62,572 nt of DNA from an uncultured Myxococcales bacterium (GTDB lineage Bacteria > Myxococcota_A > Polyangia > Fen-1088). Both the position numbers and the translations under genes were made by a program. Within the stretch, counting starts at the first letter, position 1. Every line of letters begins with the position of its first letter. The DNA is taken from assembly GCA_964431675.1 (NCBI GenBank), contig CAYSKR010000110.1, forward strand, positions 1 through 62,572, read 5' to 3'. This document shows positions 39,090-48,583 of the stretch, piece by piece. The notes below the pieces were generated by a model, which was given only the letters and a program-made list of their open reading frames with translations, did no database searches and was not told the DNA's origin.

Positions 39090-39446
39090 CTACTTCGACT
39101 GCTTGGCCCGGCGGGCTTCGCGGTACTTCTTGATCTCGGCCTTGGGCACACTCCTGTGCTGGCTGCACACCATGCCAAACACCGGTGCCGCGACATTCTT
39201 GCACCCGGGGTAGGGACAAAACTGCTTTGGTCGGCGCTTGACGGGGGCTGACACAGAGGCGTAGTTCAAAAAGCCGGGATTCTTTGGCGGCCGACCGCGG
39301 CGACGTGGCGCGACGACGCCCGCTGCGGACAAGACGGCGGCATGCACGCGCGCGGTGGTGGCGGCTTCGACGATGGCGCTCAATCGCTCAACAAAATCGC
39401 CAACGAGGGTCGCTAGATCGTGATTCGCTGATGCTGTTTTTTGCAT
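39090..39446 (-). CDS. small basic protein with AT-hook-like motif and Cys/His cluster (putative DNA-binding)
   Basis: ATG (cat 39444-39446) gives MQKTASANHD...PRRRGRPPKNPG (an RGRP AT-hook core)...CPYPGCKN...VCSQH...KKYREARRAKQSK. An alternative ATG lies at 39458. Confidence 0.5.
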   Translation of the reverse strand: MQKTASANHDLATLVGDFVERLSAIVEAATTARVHAAVLSAAGVVAPRRRGRPPKNPGFLNYASVSAPVKRRPKQFCPYPGCKNVAAPVFGMVCSQHRSVPKAEIKKYREARRAKQSK

Positions 39447-39602
39447 TGGTGGGGGCATATTGGAGACAGCGACAGCGAAAGTAAAGTGATTTCTGTTGGT
39501 GCCAGGCCGGGGGAGGGGCCGACCAGGAAGAACGCCACCGTCACGGTGCCCCAGAAAAAATTCGCTTGACCGCCGCAAGAGACATTTCAATCATGCGAGC
39601 CA

Positions 39603-41615
39603 ATGAAAGCGGCGAGGCGTACTTCCCCAGGGGGATTTGTTTCCTTGCTGGCCAGGCAGGACGTGCGCGCGCTCGTCGGACGCTATTCAGACATCGGGCT
39701 TGCGGCGCTGGTGGTGGCGATCGTTGGAATGATGATCATTCCGCTGCCCACGCTTGCGCTCGATCTGCTGATTTCTCTCAACATTGCAACCGCCGTTAGC
39801 TTGTTGCTCATCGCCATTTATGTGGGCGACGCGCTCAAGATCGCAACGTTCCCCACCTTGTTGTTGCTGACGACTTTGTTCCGGTTGTCGCTTGAAGTGT
39901 CGGCCACCCGCCTCATCCTGTTGAAGGCAGACGCGGGAGACGTTATCCACGCTTTCGGCAATTTCGTCGTGGCCGGCAACCTGGTGGTCGGCGGCGTCAT
40001 CTTCTTCATCCTCACGATCATTCAGTTCATCGTGATTTCGAAAGGCTCCGAGCGGGTGGCCGAGGTCGGGGCGCGCTTCGCCCTCGATGCGATGCCGGGG
40101 AAACAGATGTCCATCGACGCGGAGCTGCGGGCCGGCCACATCGATCACAACGAGGCCCGCAGACGCCGGGCAATGCTGACCCGCGAATCGCAATTCTTCG
40201 GCTCGATGGACGGCGCGATGAAGTTCGTCAAGGGTGACGCCATCGCGGGAATCATCGTGCTGCTGGTGAACATCGTCGGCGGGCTCATCATCGGCGTCGT
40301 GCAGCGTGGGATGGACGCTGCGACCGCGGCGCGCACGTTCACCGTGCTGACCATCGGCGAAGGTCTGGTGTCGCAGATCCCCGCGCTCATCATCTCGACC
40401 GGGGCGGGCATCATCGTGACCCGCGTTGCGTCCGAGGAGGAGGGCGGGCACCTCGGCCGCGACATTGCCACGCAGGTGCTGGCCCAGCCCAAGGCGCTGG
40501 CGATTGCAGGAGGGCTGCTCATTCTGATGGCGCTGGTGCCAGGATTGCCGACCGTTCCATTTGTCCTGCTGGGAAGCGGGATCGCCTTCATAGCGTGGAA
40601 CCTGATGAAGACACCGCCCGGCAAGGCCGAATCGGCCAAGGCAAACGCTGGCGAAACCGGCGGCACCCGCGCGGGCGGCGCAGCCAAGGCCGCGGCGCGA
40701 CCGGAGGGTCCAGCGCCAATCATGACGCCGATCACGATCGAGGTGTCGACGGAACTTGGGCAGACCCTGCTGGCCCCGGGAGGACGCTTGCTCGGACAGT
40801 TGATTCCGGCGCTGCGCGAGCAGCTTTTCGCCGAAGCGGGCATTGCATTGCCGGCCGTCCGGGCCCGACAAGCGCCTGGTCTTGGACCTGCCGAATACGT
40901 GTTGCGCCTGCAGGAGATACCCATGGGGCGGGGTGCGGTCCGGATCGGCGACGCTGACGGACCGGCCCCCGAGGAAGCGATCATCGCGCATTTGCGCACG
41001 CTGGTGCGCCGCTACGGCTACGAATTCATCAGCATCCAGGAGACCCAGACGCTGCTCGACGCGCTCGAACGCAGCCACCCGGCCCTGGTGCGCGAAGTGG
41101 TGCCGCGGCTGGTCTCGCTGGTGGTGCTGACGGATGTCTTGCGTCGGCTGGCCGAGGAAAGTGTCTCGCTGCGCAACCTGCGCGAGATCCTCTCGGCGCT
41201 GGCCGAATGGGCGCCCCAGGAACGCGATCCCGTCGTCCTGACCGAGCACGTGCGCGGAGCCCTGCGGCGGGCCATCACCCATCAGCACGCCGGGCCCGAG
41301 GGAAAGCTGAGCGTGTTCCTGCTCGATCCGTTGATTGAAGAAACCGTGCGCGAGGCGATCCACAAAACGGCAACGGGCAGTTACCTGGCGCTCGAACCAC
41401 AGCTTGGGCGGGACATGCTGGCCGCGGTGGGACGAAGCCTGGGGAACGGCGCGGGGGTCATCCTGACCCAAAGCGATATCCGACGTTACGTGCGCCGACT
41501 GGTCGAAACCGAGTACCCTCAGATCGCCGTGCTGTCGTTTCAAGAACTGGTGCCCGAAACGCAAATTCAACCGCTCGGGCGGGTACAGGCATCGGCCTCT
41601 TCCCACTCAGAATAA
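39603..41615 (+). CDS. FHIPEP-family type III export gate protein (FlhA/SctV-like), full length
   Basis: GSERVAEVGARFALDAMPGKQMSIDAELRAGHIDHNEARRRRAMLTRESQFFGSMDGAMKFVKGDAIAG. Eight TM-like segments plus a cytoplasmic domain of about 320 aa. Confidence 0.9.
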   Translation: MKAARRTSPGGFVSLLARQDVRALVGRYSDIGLAALVVAIVGMMIIPLPTLALDLLISLNIATAVSLLLIAIYVGDALKIATFPTLLLLTTLFRLSLEVSATRLILLKADAGDVIHAFGNFVVAGNLVVGGVIFFILTIIQFIVISKGSERVAEVGARFALDAMPGKQMSIDAELRAGHIDHNEARRRRAMLTRESQFFGSMDGAMKFVKGDAIAGIIVLLVNIVGGLIIGVVQRGMDAATAARTFTVLTIGEGLVSQIPALIISTGAGIIVTRVASEEEGGHLGRDIATQVLAQPKALAIAGGLLILMALVPGLPTVPFVLLGSGIAFIAWNLMKTPPGKAESAKANAGETGGTRAGGAAKAAARPEGPAPIMTPITIEVSTELGQTLLAPGGRLLGQLIPALREQLFAEAGIALPAVRARQAPGLGPAEYVLRLQEIPMGRGAVRIGDADGPAPEEAIIAHLRTLVRRYGYEFISIQETQTLLDALERSHPALVREVVPRLVSLVVLTDVLRRLAEESVSLRNLREILSALAEWAPQERDPVVLTEHVRGALRRAITHQHAGPEGKLSVFLLDPLIEETVREAIHKTATGSYLALEPQLGRDMLAAVGRSLGNGAGVILTQSDIRRYVRRLVETEYPQIAVLSFQELVPETQIQPLGRVQASASSHSE

Positions 41616-41618
41616 CCC

Positions 41619-44402
41619 ATGCGCCCAAGTTTCGTCTGGCTGTCCGTGGCGCTTGCAGCGAACGTCGCCGGTTGCGCTGCGACGGGCCTGCCGGACAAGC
41701 CGGTGGTCAAGAACTACGAGCTGTCGCAGACCGTCTTCGATCGGCCAAGCGGGCTCAAGGTGATCGTCCAGGAGGATCACAGTGCCCCCGTCGCCACGGT
41801 GGTCGTCGCCTACGCGGTCGGAGCGACATCTGATCCGAAGGGCGTGGAGGGCCTGGCGCATGTGGTTGAGCACATGATGTTCCGGGCCCAGCCAGGTGGC
41901 GAGCAGGTGTGGGACCACCTGAAACGCATGGGAGCATCCTTCAACGCGTTCACGTCCGAGGACATGACGGTGTACTTCGAGACCGCGCACAAGGACAACC
42001 TCAACTCCATGATGCAGCTTGAGGCGTGGCGCATGCTGCGAGCGCTCGAAGGCGTGACGCCCGAAGTGTTCAAGACCGAACGCGAGGTGGTCCGCAACGA
42101 GCTACGGCAAGGCGGCGAAACCGAGGTGGGCGGCAAGCTTTTCGACACCCTCCTGCGCCAGTTGTTCCCCACCAGTCATCCCCTGTCGCGATCGATCATC
42201 GGAACGCACGAGTCGCTCTGTGCCGCAACGCTGGAGCACGCGAGGGCCTTCACCGCTCAGCACTACAAGCCACAGAACTGCACGGTGGTGATTTCGGGCG
42301 ACGTCGACACCGACGAGGTGAAGAAGCTGCTGGGGATGTGGCCGGCCGAGCTGCTTTTCGGCCCGGGGGGTCCGGGGGGCGGGGCGGTTCCACCGCACAA
42401 GAGCGTCAGCGAGAAGGCGACCATCTCGGTCCCGCCGCCCGCTTCGACCGAGCTGACGCGCCACAAGGGGCCCGTAGAACAGCCGCTTCTCTTGCTGGCG
42501 TGGTCGGCCCCGGGGGGGCATCGCGGCAACGACGGACTCCTGGCATTCGCTGCTTCGCGCCTGAACCTGGCGCTGGCGGAAGGCCTGGCACCGCACCTGG
42601 CCTACGACGATGACATCGAGGGTGCCGGGGCGTTCGTGATGCCGTTCGCCGACGCATCGGTCTTCATGGTGCAAGTCAACCTGCGGCCGGGCGCCAATCC
42701 CGAGAAGGCGCGCACGCGGGTGCTGGACACGCTGGTGAACGCCTGGATAACCGAACTCGGAACATTGCAGACCGAGTCGAGCCGCTGGGGTGCCGCCACG
42801 AACCTCCTGCTGCAAACGGCTTCTCCGGAGGGATTGGCCACCGAGTTGGCGGTGTACGCCAGCAACACGGGCCAGACGGCCTATTTCAAGAATACGCTCG
42901 AAGAGCTCGCGGCGATCAAGCCCGGACAGATCATGGACTTTGCCCACCAATGGCTGACCCGTGAGCGCGCCGCCTCGGTCTACTTCGAGCCCGAGAACGA
43001 CGAGGCACCCCGGCTGGTGGCAGGGGCGGGGGGCTCGGCGAAGAGCGGGGGCGGGCAACGAAGCCATGAACTCGGTGTCGGCGCGACGGGAACGCCGCAG
43101 GGCTTGGGGGCTGATCGGATTCGCGAGGTGGCTCGTTCTCCGCGATTGGCCGCGCTTGCACGGTTCAAGCTCGCCAACGGACTCGAGGTCGTGACGGCTC
43201 CACACGGCACGGCACCGGTTGCGCAGATCGTCGTCGGAATTCGCGGCGGGGACGCGCACACCCAGCCTTACGGCCTGTCGAACTTTGCCACCATGTTCGC
43301 CCAATCAAAGTGCCGCAACTACGGCGATCTGGAGCCGGTGGGCGGGCAAATCGGTTGGGGTTCCGGGGTCACCCGCACGACGGCGTTCGTCGAGGTCATG
43401 TCGGGCAACCTCGCCAACGGCATCGCTGTGCTATCCGACAAGATCGGGTGCATGGAAGCCAGCGACGAGCGGTTCCTGATGCGCGACCGGGTGATCGAAT
43501 TGCAGGGTCGCTTCCTCGACCGCGCGGCCAAGATGCCGGACTTCCTGGCCACCAAGCGCTTCATGGCTGAGCTTTACCCCGGCCATCCTTATGGGGTCGT
43601 CGCACCGGATCCCGGGGCCCTCAAAGCGATCACATTCGAAAACGTCGCGGCCTACTTGCGCAACCACTTTCGCCCCGAGAATGCCATCGCCGTGGTGGTG
43701 GGCGACGTCAATCCTCGCGAAACCCGCGAATTGGCCGAGAAGTACTTGTCGCAGTGGAGTGGCGGCGGATCTTCAGCGGCCATGTCGCTCGATCCGGGTG
43801 CCGGGCCGAAGGGGCGCAAGGTTTTCCTGGTGGACAGACCGGGCGGTACCCAGGCCACCACCCGCATCGGCTGCCGGTTACCCGAATCAAGCGCCGAAAA
43901 AGTGCCCGCATACGATCTCCTGGAAGCACTGGTGAACGAACGCGCGTGGTCGATTCGCGAACAGTACGGTGCCACCTACGGCATGCACGCCGCGGTCGAC
44001 CTGTTGCCTGGACGCGCAGCGCACCTGGCGTTGTCGGGCGCCATCGTCAACAAGCAGGCAGGAGTTTCGATCGCGAAACTGCTCGACCTTCTGGCTGGAC
44101 TGGCGACCGATGGCCTTGACGAACGAACGTTCCTGCTCAAGCGCTGGGACGTCGCACGCGAGTTTTCCGCGCGCTTGCACACCGGCAAACAGATCGCCTC
44201 CGCCATCTTGCAAGCCTCCGAGCACGGCTGGCCCATCGAAGTGTGGGACGAATACGGCGGGCGTCTTGCTGCGACGACCGCAGACGACATTCGCGCGCTG
44301 CTAAAACCGTGCATCGGCCACGAGATCGTCAGCATCGCGGGTGACGCGGCCACCTTGCGGCCACAGCTTCTTGCAGCCGGACTGACCCTGGAAAGCGAGT
44401 GA
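41619..44402 (+). CDS. lipoprotein M16 (pitrilysin/insulinase) family zinc peptidase, double-unit
   Basis: MRPSFVWLSVALAANVAGC (lipobox). HxxEH zinc motif in LAHVVEHMMFR. At 927 aa it equals two tandem M16 active/inactive pairs. The start lies 3 nt after the FHIPEP stop. Confidence 0.85.
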   Translation: MRPSFVWLSVALAANVAGCAATGLPDKPVVKNYELSQTVFDRPSGLKVIVQEDHSAPVATVVVAYAVGATSDPKGVEGLAHVVEHMMFRAQPGGEQVWDHLKRMGASFNAFTSEDMTVYFETAHKDNLNSMMQLEAWRMLRALEGVTPEVFKTEREVVRNELRQGGETEVGGKLFDTLLRQLFPTSHPLSRSIIGTHESLCAATLEHARAFTAQHYKPQNCTVVISGDVDTDEVKKLLGMWPAELLFGPGGPGGGAVPPHKSVSEKATISVPPPASTELTRHKGPVEQPLLLLAWSAPGGHRGNDGLLAFAASRLNLALAEGLAPHLAYDDDIEGAGAFVMPFADASVFMVQVNLRPGANPEKARTRVLDTLVNAWITELGTLQTESSRWGAATNLLLQTASPEGLATELAVYASNTGQTAYFKNTLEELAAIKPGQIMDFAHQWLTRERAASVYFEPENDEAPRLVAGAGGSAKSGGGQRSHELGVGATGTPQGLGADRIREVARSPRLAALARFKLANGLEVVTAPHGTAPVAQIVVGIRGGDAHTQPYGLSNFATMFAQSKCRNYGDLEPVGGQIGWGSGVTRTTAFVEVMSGNLANGIAVLSDKIGCMEASDERFLMRDRVIELQGRFLDRAAKMPDFLATKRFMAELYPGHPYGVVAPDPGALKAITFENVAAYLRNHFRPENAIAVVVGDVNPRETRELAEKYLSQWSGGGSSAAMSLDPGAGPKGRKVFLVDRPGGTQATTRIGCRLPESSAEKVPAYDLLEALVNERAWSIREQYGATYGMHAAVDLLPGRAAHLALSGAIVNKQAGVSIAKLLDLLAGLATDGLDERTFLLKRWDVAREFSARLHTGKQIASAILQASEHGWPIEVWDEYGGRLAATTADDIRALLKPCIGHEIVSIAGDAATLRPQLLAAGLTLESE

Positions 44403-44403
44403 C

Positions 44404-45645
44404 ATGAACGAATCCGTTTCGCCCAACGAGGCCACGAAAAAAAATGCCGTCACGCTGGCCGTTGTGGTCGCCGCGCTCGGTTACTTTGTCGACATCTACG
44501 ACTTGATTCTGTTCGCCATCATCCGCGTGCCCAGCTTGCGCGACATCGGCGTGGCCGAAGGTTCACTGATGAGCGAGGGCGCGTTGATCCTCAACATGCA
44601 GATGGGCGGCATGCTGATCGGAGGACTGCTGTGGGGCATCCTGGGCGATCGCCGCGGCCGACTGTCGGTGCTGTTCGGATCGATCATCATGTATTCGCTC
44701 GGCAACATCGCCAACGGCCTGGTCCACAGCACGACGGCGTACGCGATCGTCCGCCTGGTGGCCGGCATTGGCCTCGCCGGCGAGCTGGGTGCCGGCATCA
44801 CGCTGGTCAGCGAGGTCATGCGCAAGGAGTCGCGCGGCTACGGCACCGCCATCGTCGCCTCGGTCGGCATCTGCGGCGCTCTGGTCGCAGCCGTGGTCGG
44901 TGAAATGACCCACTGGCGAACGGCCTACTTCATTGGCGGTGGCCTTGGCATCGGCCTGCTGGCGCTGCGGGTCGGCGTCCTGGAATCCGGGATGTGGTCG
45001 CACACCAAACAGAAGTCGGTCAGCCGCGGCAACTTCCTGATGCTGTTTCACACGCGTTCGCGAATTCGCCGCTACGTCGGCGTGATCTTGGTCGGCATTC
45101 CGGTCTGGTACGTCATTGGCGTGCTGATCACCTTCTGCCCGGAGATCGGCAAGTCGCTGGGCATGGTGGAAGCCCCGAAGTCGAGCCGCGCGGTGTTTTT
45201 CTGCTACGCCGGCCTGGCCCTTGGCGGCATCGCCAGCGGCTTCGCTGGCCAGTGGATGCACAGCCGCAAGAAGAGTCTCGGCGCGTCGCTGGTGGCGACG
45301 GTCGTATTCGTGGCGGGCTACTTCCTCATCGGTCCGATGTCGCTGACCTGGTTCTACACGATGTGCATCGGCCTTGGGATCGCCACCGGCTACTGGGCAG
45401 TGTTCGTCACCGTGGCGAGCGAGCAGTTCGGCACCAACATCCGCGCCACCGCAACCACCACAGCGCCCAATTTCGTCCGCGGCGCCGTGGTGCCCATGAC
45501 GTCGGCGTTCGTATGGTGCAAGGGTCCGCTGGGCGTCTGGGGCAGCGCGCTGCTGGTCGGATGCGTGACCATCACGATGGCCTTCATCGCCCTGCGCGGC
45601 ATCGAAGAGACGTACGGTCGGGATCTCGACTTCCTCGAAGAGTAG
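44404..45645 (+). CDS. MFS transporter
   Basis: The start lies 1 nt after the M16 stop. 12 TM-like segments. Motif A-like GILGDRRGRL. Confidence 0.85.
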   Translation: MNESVSPNEATKKNAVTLAVVVAALGYFVDIYDLILFAIIRVPSLRDIGVAEGSLMSEGALILNMQMGGMLIGGLLWGILGDRRGRLSVLFGSIIMYSLGNIANGLVHSTTAYAIVRLVAGIGLAGELGAGITLVSEVMRKESRGYGTAIVASVGICGALVAAVVGEMTHWRTAYFIGGGLGIGLLALRVGVLESGMWSHTKQKSVSRGNFLMLFHTRSRIRRYVGVILVGIPVWYVIGVLITFCPEIGKSLGMVEAPKSSRAVFFCYAGLALGGIASGFAGQWMHSRKKSLGASLVATVVFVAGYFLIGPMSLTWFYTMCIGLGIATGYWAVFVTVASEQFGTNIRATATTTAPNFVRGAVVPMTSAFVWCKGPLGVWGSALLVGCVTITMAFIALRGIEETYGRDLDFLEE

Positions 45646-45738
45646 AGTGCGCACCCGGGCGCCGACGCAAAAAACTGGGGCGGTTGGACCCCTGCGCGGC
45701 TTTGGTGCTAGAAGTCGCCGCAGCCAAAGGAGCTTTCC

Positions 45739-46350
45739 ATGTTCGACGATCCACAATCACTGACTTCCGTTCTCTTGCGCTTCGGGCACATCGCCTTCGG
45801 CATCATCTGGATCGGTCACCTGTACTTCTTCAACCTGGTCAACGTCCCGTTTCAGGCGGACCTGGACAAGGAGCTCAAGCCCAAGGTCAATCCGAAGCTG
45901 CTTCTGCGCGCGTTCTGGTGGTTCCGCTGGAGCGCGATGTACACGTTCATTTTTGGCTGGTTGCTGTTCGGCCACAAATACATGTCGCAGCACTTGCTGA
46001 CCGACGCCGACGGCATCACGAACCGCGCGCTGTGGATTCTGTTCGGCGGCCTCATCGGAACCGTCATGTGGTTCAACGTATGGTTCGTCATCTGGCCACG
46101 CCAGAAGCTGATTCTCGGCGGGCTCGCCAGCGGCAACCCACACCCCGACGCGGCGAAGTTGGCCGCGGTTGCAGGCAAAGCATCGCGCTTCAACACCTAC
46201 GCCTCGGGCCCGATGCTGATCGGCATGATCGTCCCCAACAACTACGGTGGCTGGCACGCGGGCGGCATGCTGCTGGCGATCGTCATCGGCTGCGGCTTCT
46301 GGTTCGGGATGATCAAGCGTTCGTTCAAAGTCAAAACGACCGTCGAGTAG
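45739..46350 (+). CDS. integral membrane protein, tentatively urate-hydroxylase (PuuD) N-terminal-domain-like
   Basis: AAGGAG RBS 7 nt upstream. LLRFGHIAFGIIWIGHLYFFNLVN and 4-5 TM segments. The family call is from memory of the motif and is tentative. Confidence 0.55.
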   Translation: MFDDPQSLTSVLLRFGHIAFGIIWIGHLYFFNLVNVPFQADLDKELKPKVNPKLLLRAFWWFRWSAMYTFIFGWLLFGHKYMSQHLLTDADGITNRALWILFGGLIGTVMWFNVWFVIWPRQKLILGGLASGNPHPDAAKLAAVAGKASRFNTYASGPMLIGMIVPNNYGGWHAGGMLLAIVIGCGFWFGMIKRSFKVKTTVE

Positions 46351-47535
46351 ATGCGCGTGGCGCCAGGCCGTCGCATTGGCCGTCGCGCAGCGGGGATCGA
46401 GACCTCGATCTTCAGCGAGATCACGCGCTTGGCCGTCGCGCACGGCGCGGTCAACCTGGGCCAGGGCTTCCCCGACTTCCCCGCACCCGCCTTCATCAAG
46501 GACGCCGCCGCGCGCGCCATCGCGGCGGACCACAACCAGTACGCGCCCTCGCCCGGCGTGCCGCGACTGCGCCGGGCGATCGCGGCGGGCTTCGAGAAAC
46601 GCCACGGCCGCAGCGTCGATCCCGAGGCCGAGCTCACCATCGCAAGCGGCGCGACGGAGATCATTTGCGACGCCATCCTGGCCCTGGTCGATCCGGACGA
46701 CGAGGTCATCCTGCTCGATCCGCACTACGACTCGTACCTGCCCAACGTGCAGATGGCGGGTGGCGTGGCGCGAATTGTGTCCATGCACGCGCCCACCTGG
46801 TCGATCGATCCGGACGAGCTGCGCGCCGCTTTCGGACCGAAGACCAAACTCATCGTCCTGAACACGCCGCACAACCCGACGGGGAAAGTGTTGTCCGAAA
46901 GCGAGCTCGACCTCGTCGCGTCGCTATGCCAGGAGCACGACGTGGTCGCTGTGTCCGACGAGGTCTACAGCGAGATCGTGTTCGACGGCGCCCGGCACGT
47001 GCCCATCGCCACCCGGCCGGGCATGTGGGATCGGACGATCACGGTCGACAGCATCGGCAAGACCTTCAGCGTCACCGGCTGGAAGATCGGCTGGGCCATC
47101 GCTTGTGCGCCATTGTCGCAGGCGCTGCGCGCAGTTCATCAGTTCGTCACGTTTTGCAGCGCCACGCCCCTGCAGGAAGCGGCCGCCGACGCGCTCGTGG
47201 CAGCGGAAATCAACGGCTACTTCGCCGAGCTGCGCGCCGCCTATGCGCGCCGTCGCGACCTGCTGAGCGACGTGCTGCGCGCGGCGAGGCTACAACCACT
47301 GCCCGTGCGCGGATCGTACTTTCTGCTCGCCGACGTGTCGCACCTTGGGGTCCACGATGGCCCCACGTTTTGCAAGCGCCTGGTCACCGAGATTGGCGTC
47401 GCCGCGATTCCGATGTCGGCCTTTTATGCGGATGCTGCTGCCGCTCCGACGATGGTGCGGTTTTGTTTCGCCAAGCGCGACGAAACCATCCTCGCCGCCG
47501 GGCCGCGGTTGCGACGGCTTGAGCGGGGCGATTGA
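46351..47535 (+). CDS. class I/II PLP-dependent aminotransferase (YbdL/kynurenine aminotransferase-like)
   Basis: NLGQGFPDFP, LNTPHNPTGKV, SIGKTFSVTGWKIGW (PLP lysine). The ATG directly follows the upstream TAG. Confidence 0.9.
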   Translation: MRVAPGRRIGRRAAGIETSIFSEITRLAVAHGAVNLGQGFPDFPAPAFIKDAAARAIAADHNQYAPSPGVPRLRRAIAAGFEKRHGRSVDPEAELTIASGATEIICDAILALVDPDDEVILLDPHYDSYLPNVQMAGGVARIVSMHAPTWSIDPDELRAAFGPKTKLIVLNTPHNPTGKVLSESELDLVASLCQEHDVVAVSDEVYSEIVFDGARHVPIATRPGMWDRTITVDSIGKTFSVTGWKIGWAIACAPLSQALRAVHQFVTFCSATPLQEAAADALVAAEINGYFAELRAAYARRRDLLSDVLRAARLQPLPVRGSYFLLADVSHLGVHDGPTFCKRLVTEIGVAAIPMSAFYADAAAAPTMVRFCFAKRDETILAAGPRLRRLERGD

Positions 47536-47581
47536 TCCAGGGGCTGGCCCTGTTTTCGGCATCGCCCCCGCAAGGTTCTTG

Positions 47582-48571
47582 CTACTTCATCGCCAGGTAG
47601 CCGCGTTCAAGCAACCCCACAAGAACCTGGGCCGTGTCGAGGTCGGCCACGCGAGACTGATCGAGCAAGCCTTGCGTGCTGGTCGTGCCCGCAAGCACGA
47701 GTTGCAGCATGTCGAGTTCCTCGGGCGACAGGTCGCGCAGCTTTCCACCGAGCGGCTTGGCCACGGATACGGTCGCGTTGACGGGAGGCAACTGCGGTGC
47801 CAGCGCGCGCAGCTCGTCGAGGTGGCGCATGCCGTCCATCAGCATTCCCTCCGTCGAGTCGGTCAGCTCCTCGAGAACGGCGCGCTCGTCTGGTGGTTCA
47901 AGCTCGAAGGCACCCTGGGTCCACGTCAGCATGCGAAACAACGCCTTGCGTGGCCCCATGTCGAATCCGTCGTCGATGGTGGCGAAATAGATCTGTCCCT
48001 TGCGCAGGAACAAACGGCCGGTGCCCCAGTCTGAACGCACGACCACGACGCCGCTCTTCCGGCTGGTCGACAATAGCTGCACCAGATCCGGCAGTGGGAT
48101 TTCCTCGATGCTGCCCGACATCGACTTGGCGGCCGGCCGGCGGTTGGCGGCGACCTGCAAGTTGGAACGCGCCTCGTTCTCGCTTACCGCGCTTGAACCC
48201 TCGCCGTTGTGCGCGCACAGCTTGATGATCGAGGTTCCGATCAGTATGCGATCGCCTTCTTTGATCTCGACGTTGCGGATTTTTTCGCCGTTGACGAACG
48301 TCCCGTTGGTCGAGCCGAGGTCTTGAATGGAGACCGCCCGGTCGTCGGTGCTGATCGTCGCGTGCTTGCGCGAAACCATGTCTTCCACCAGCACCATGTC
48401 GAGATCGGACGATCGCCCGATCACGATTTCCCGATTGGACCGCAGCGGAAACTCGCCACCCTGGTACTTGCCCGAAATGAACCGCAAGCTCCACATGACC
48501 GCATCGGACGCATCGGACGCAGGTGTGCCGACGTCTCCGGGAGTCACTTCGGGCAAGTCGCGGGTGCTCAA
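47582..48571 (-). CDS. FHA domain plus DUF4388 domain protein
   Basis: FHA: IVIGRSSDLDMVLVEDMVSRKHATIS...IQDLGSTNGTFVNGEKI. DUF4388-like: GSIEEIPLPDLVQLLSTSRKSGVVVV...GRLFLRKGQIYFA. Confidence 0.8.
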   Translation of the reverse strand: MSTRDLPEVTPGDVGTPASDASDAVMWSLRFISGKYQGGEFPLRSNREIVIGRSSDLDMVLVEDMVSRKHATISTDDRAVSIQDLGSTNGTFVNGEKIRNVEIKEGDRILIGTSIIKLCAHNGEGSSAVSENEARSNLQVAANRRPAAKSMSGSIEEIPLPDLVQLLSTSRKSGVVVVRSDWGTGRLFLRKGQIYFATIDDGFDMGPRKALFRMLTWTQGAFELEPPDERAVLEELTDSTEGMLMDGMRHLDELRALAPQLPPVNATVSVAKPLGGKLRDLSPEELDMLQLVLAGTTSTQGLLDQSRVADLDTAQVLVGLLERGYLAMK

Positions 48572-48583
48572 AACGCTGAAATG

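Noticed and set aside
39687-41606. 639-aa minus-strand ORF opposite the FlhA/SctV gene
   Set aside because: The plus strand carries the full FHIPEP signature. The minus-strand product is Arg/Gly/Asp/His-rich and not protein-like.
39603-45645. A type III secretion or flagellar gene island around the FHIPEP gene
   Set aside because: None of the neighbouring ORFs on either side resembles any other T3SS or flagellar component. Only the single gate protein is present.
45646-45738. Intergenic gaps long enough for a tRNA or small RNA: 45646-45738, 58585-58667 and 61052-61221
   Set aside because: None shows a cloverleaf-compatible arrangement or the conserved T-loop GTTCGAATC-type sequence. No conserved structure is evident by eye.
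44563-47522. ORFs 44563..45756(-), 44994..47522(+, 842 aa) and 45757..46872(-)
   Set aside because: They are out of frame with or antisense to the MFS, membrane-protein and aminotransferase genes, which have clear motifs. Their compositions are dominated by Arg, Gly, Ala and Pro.
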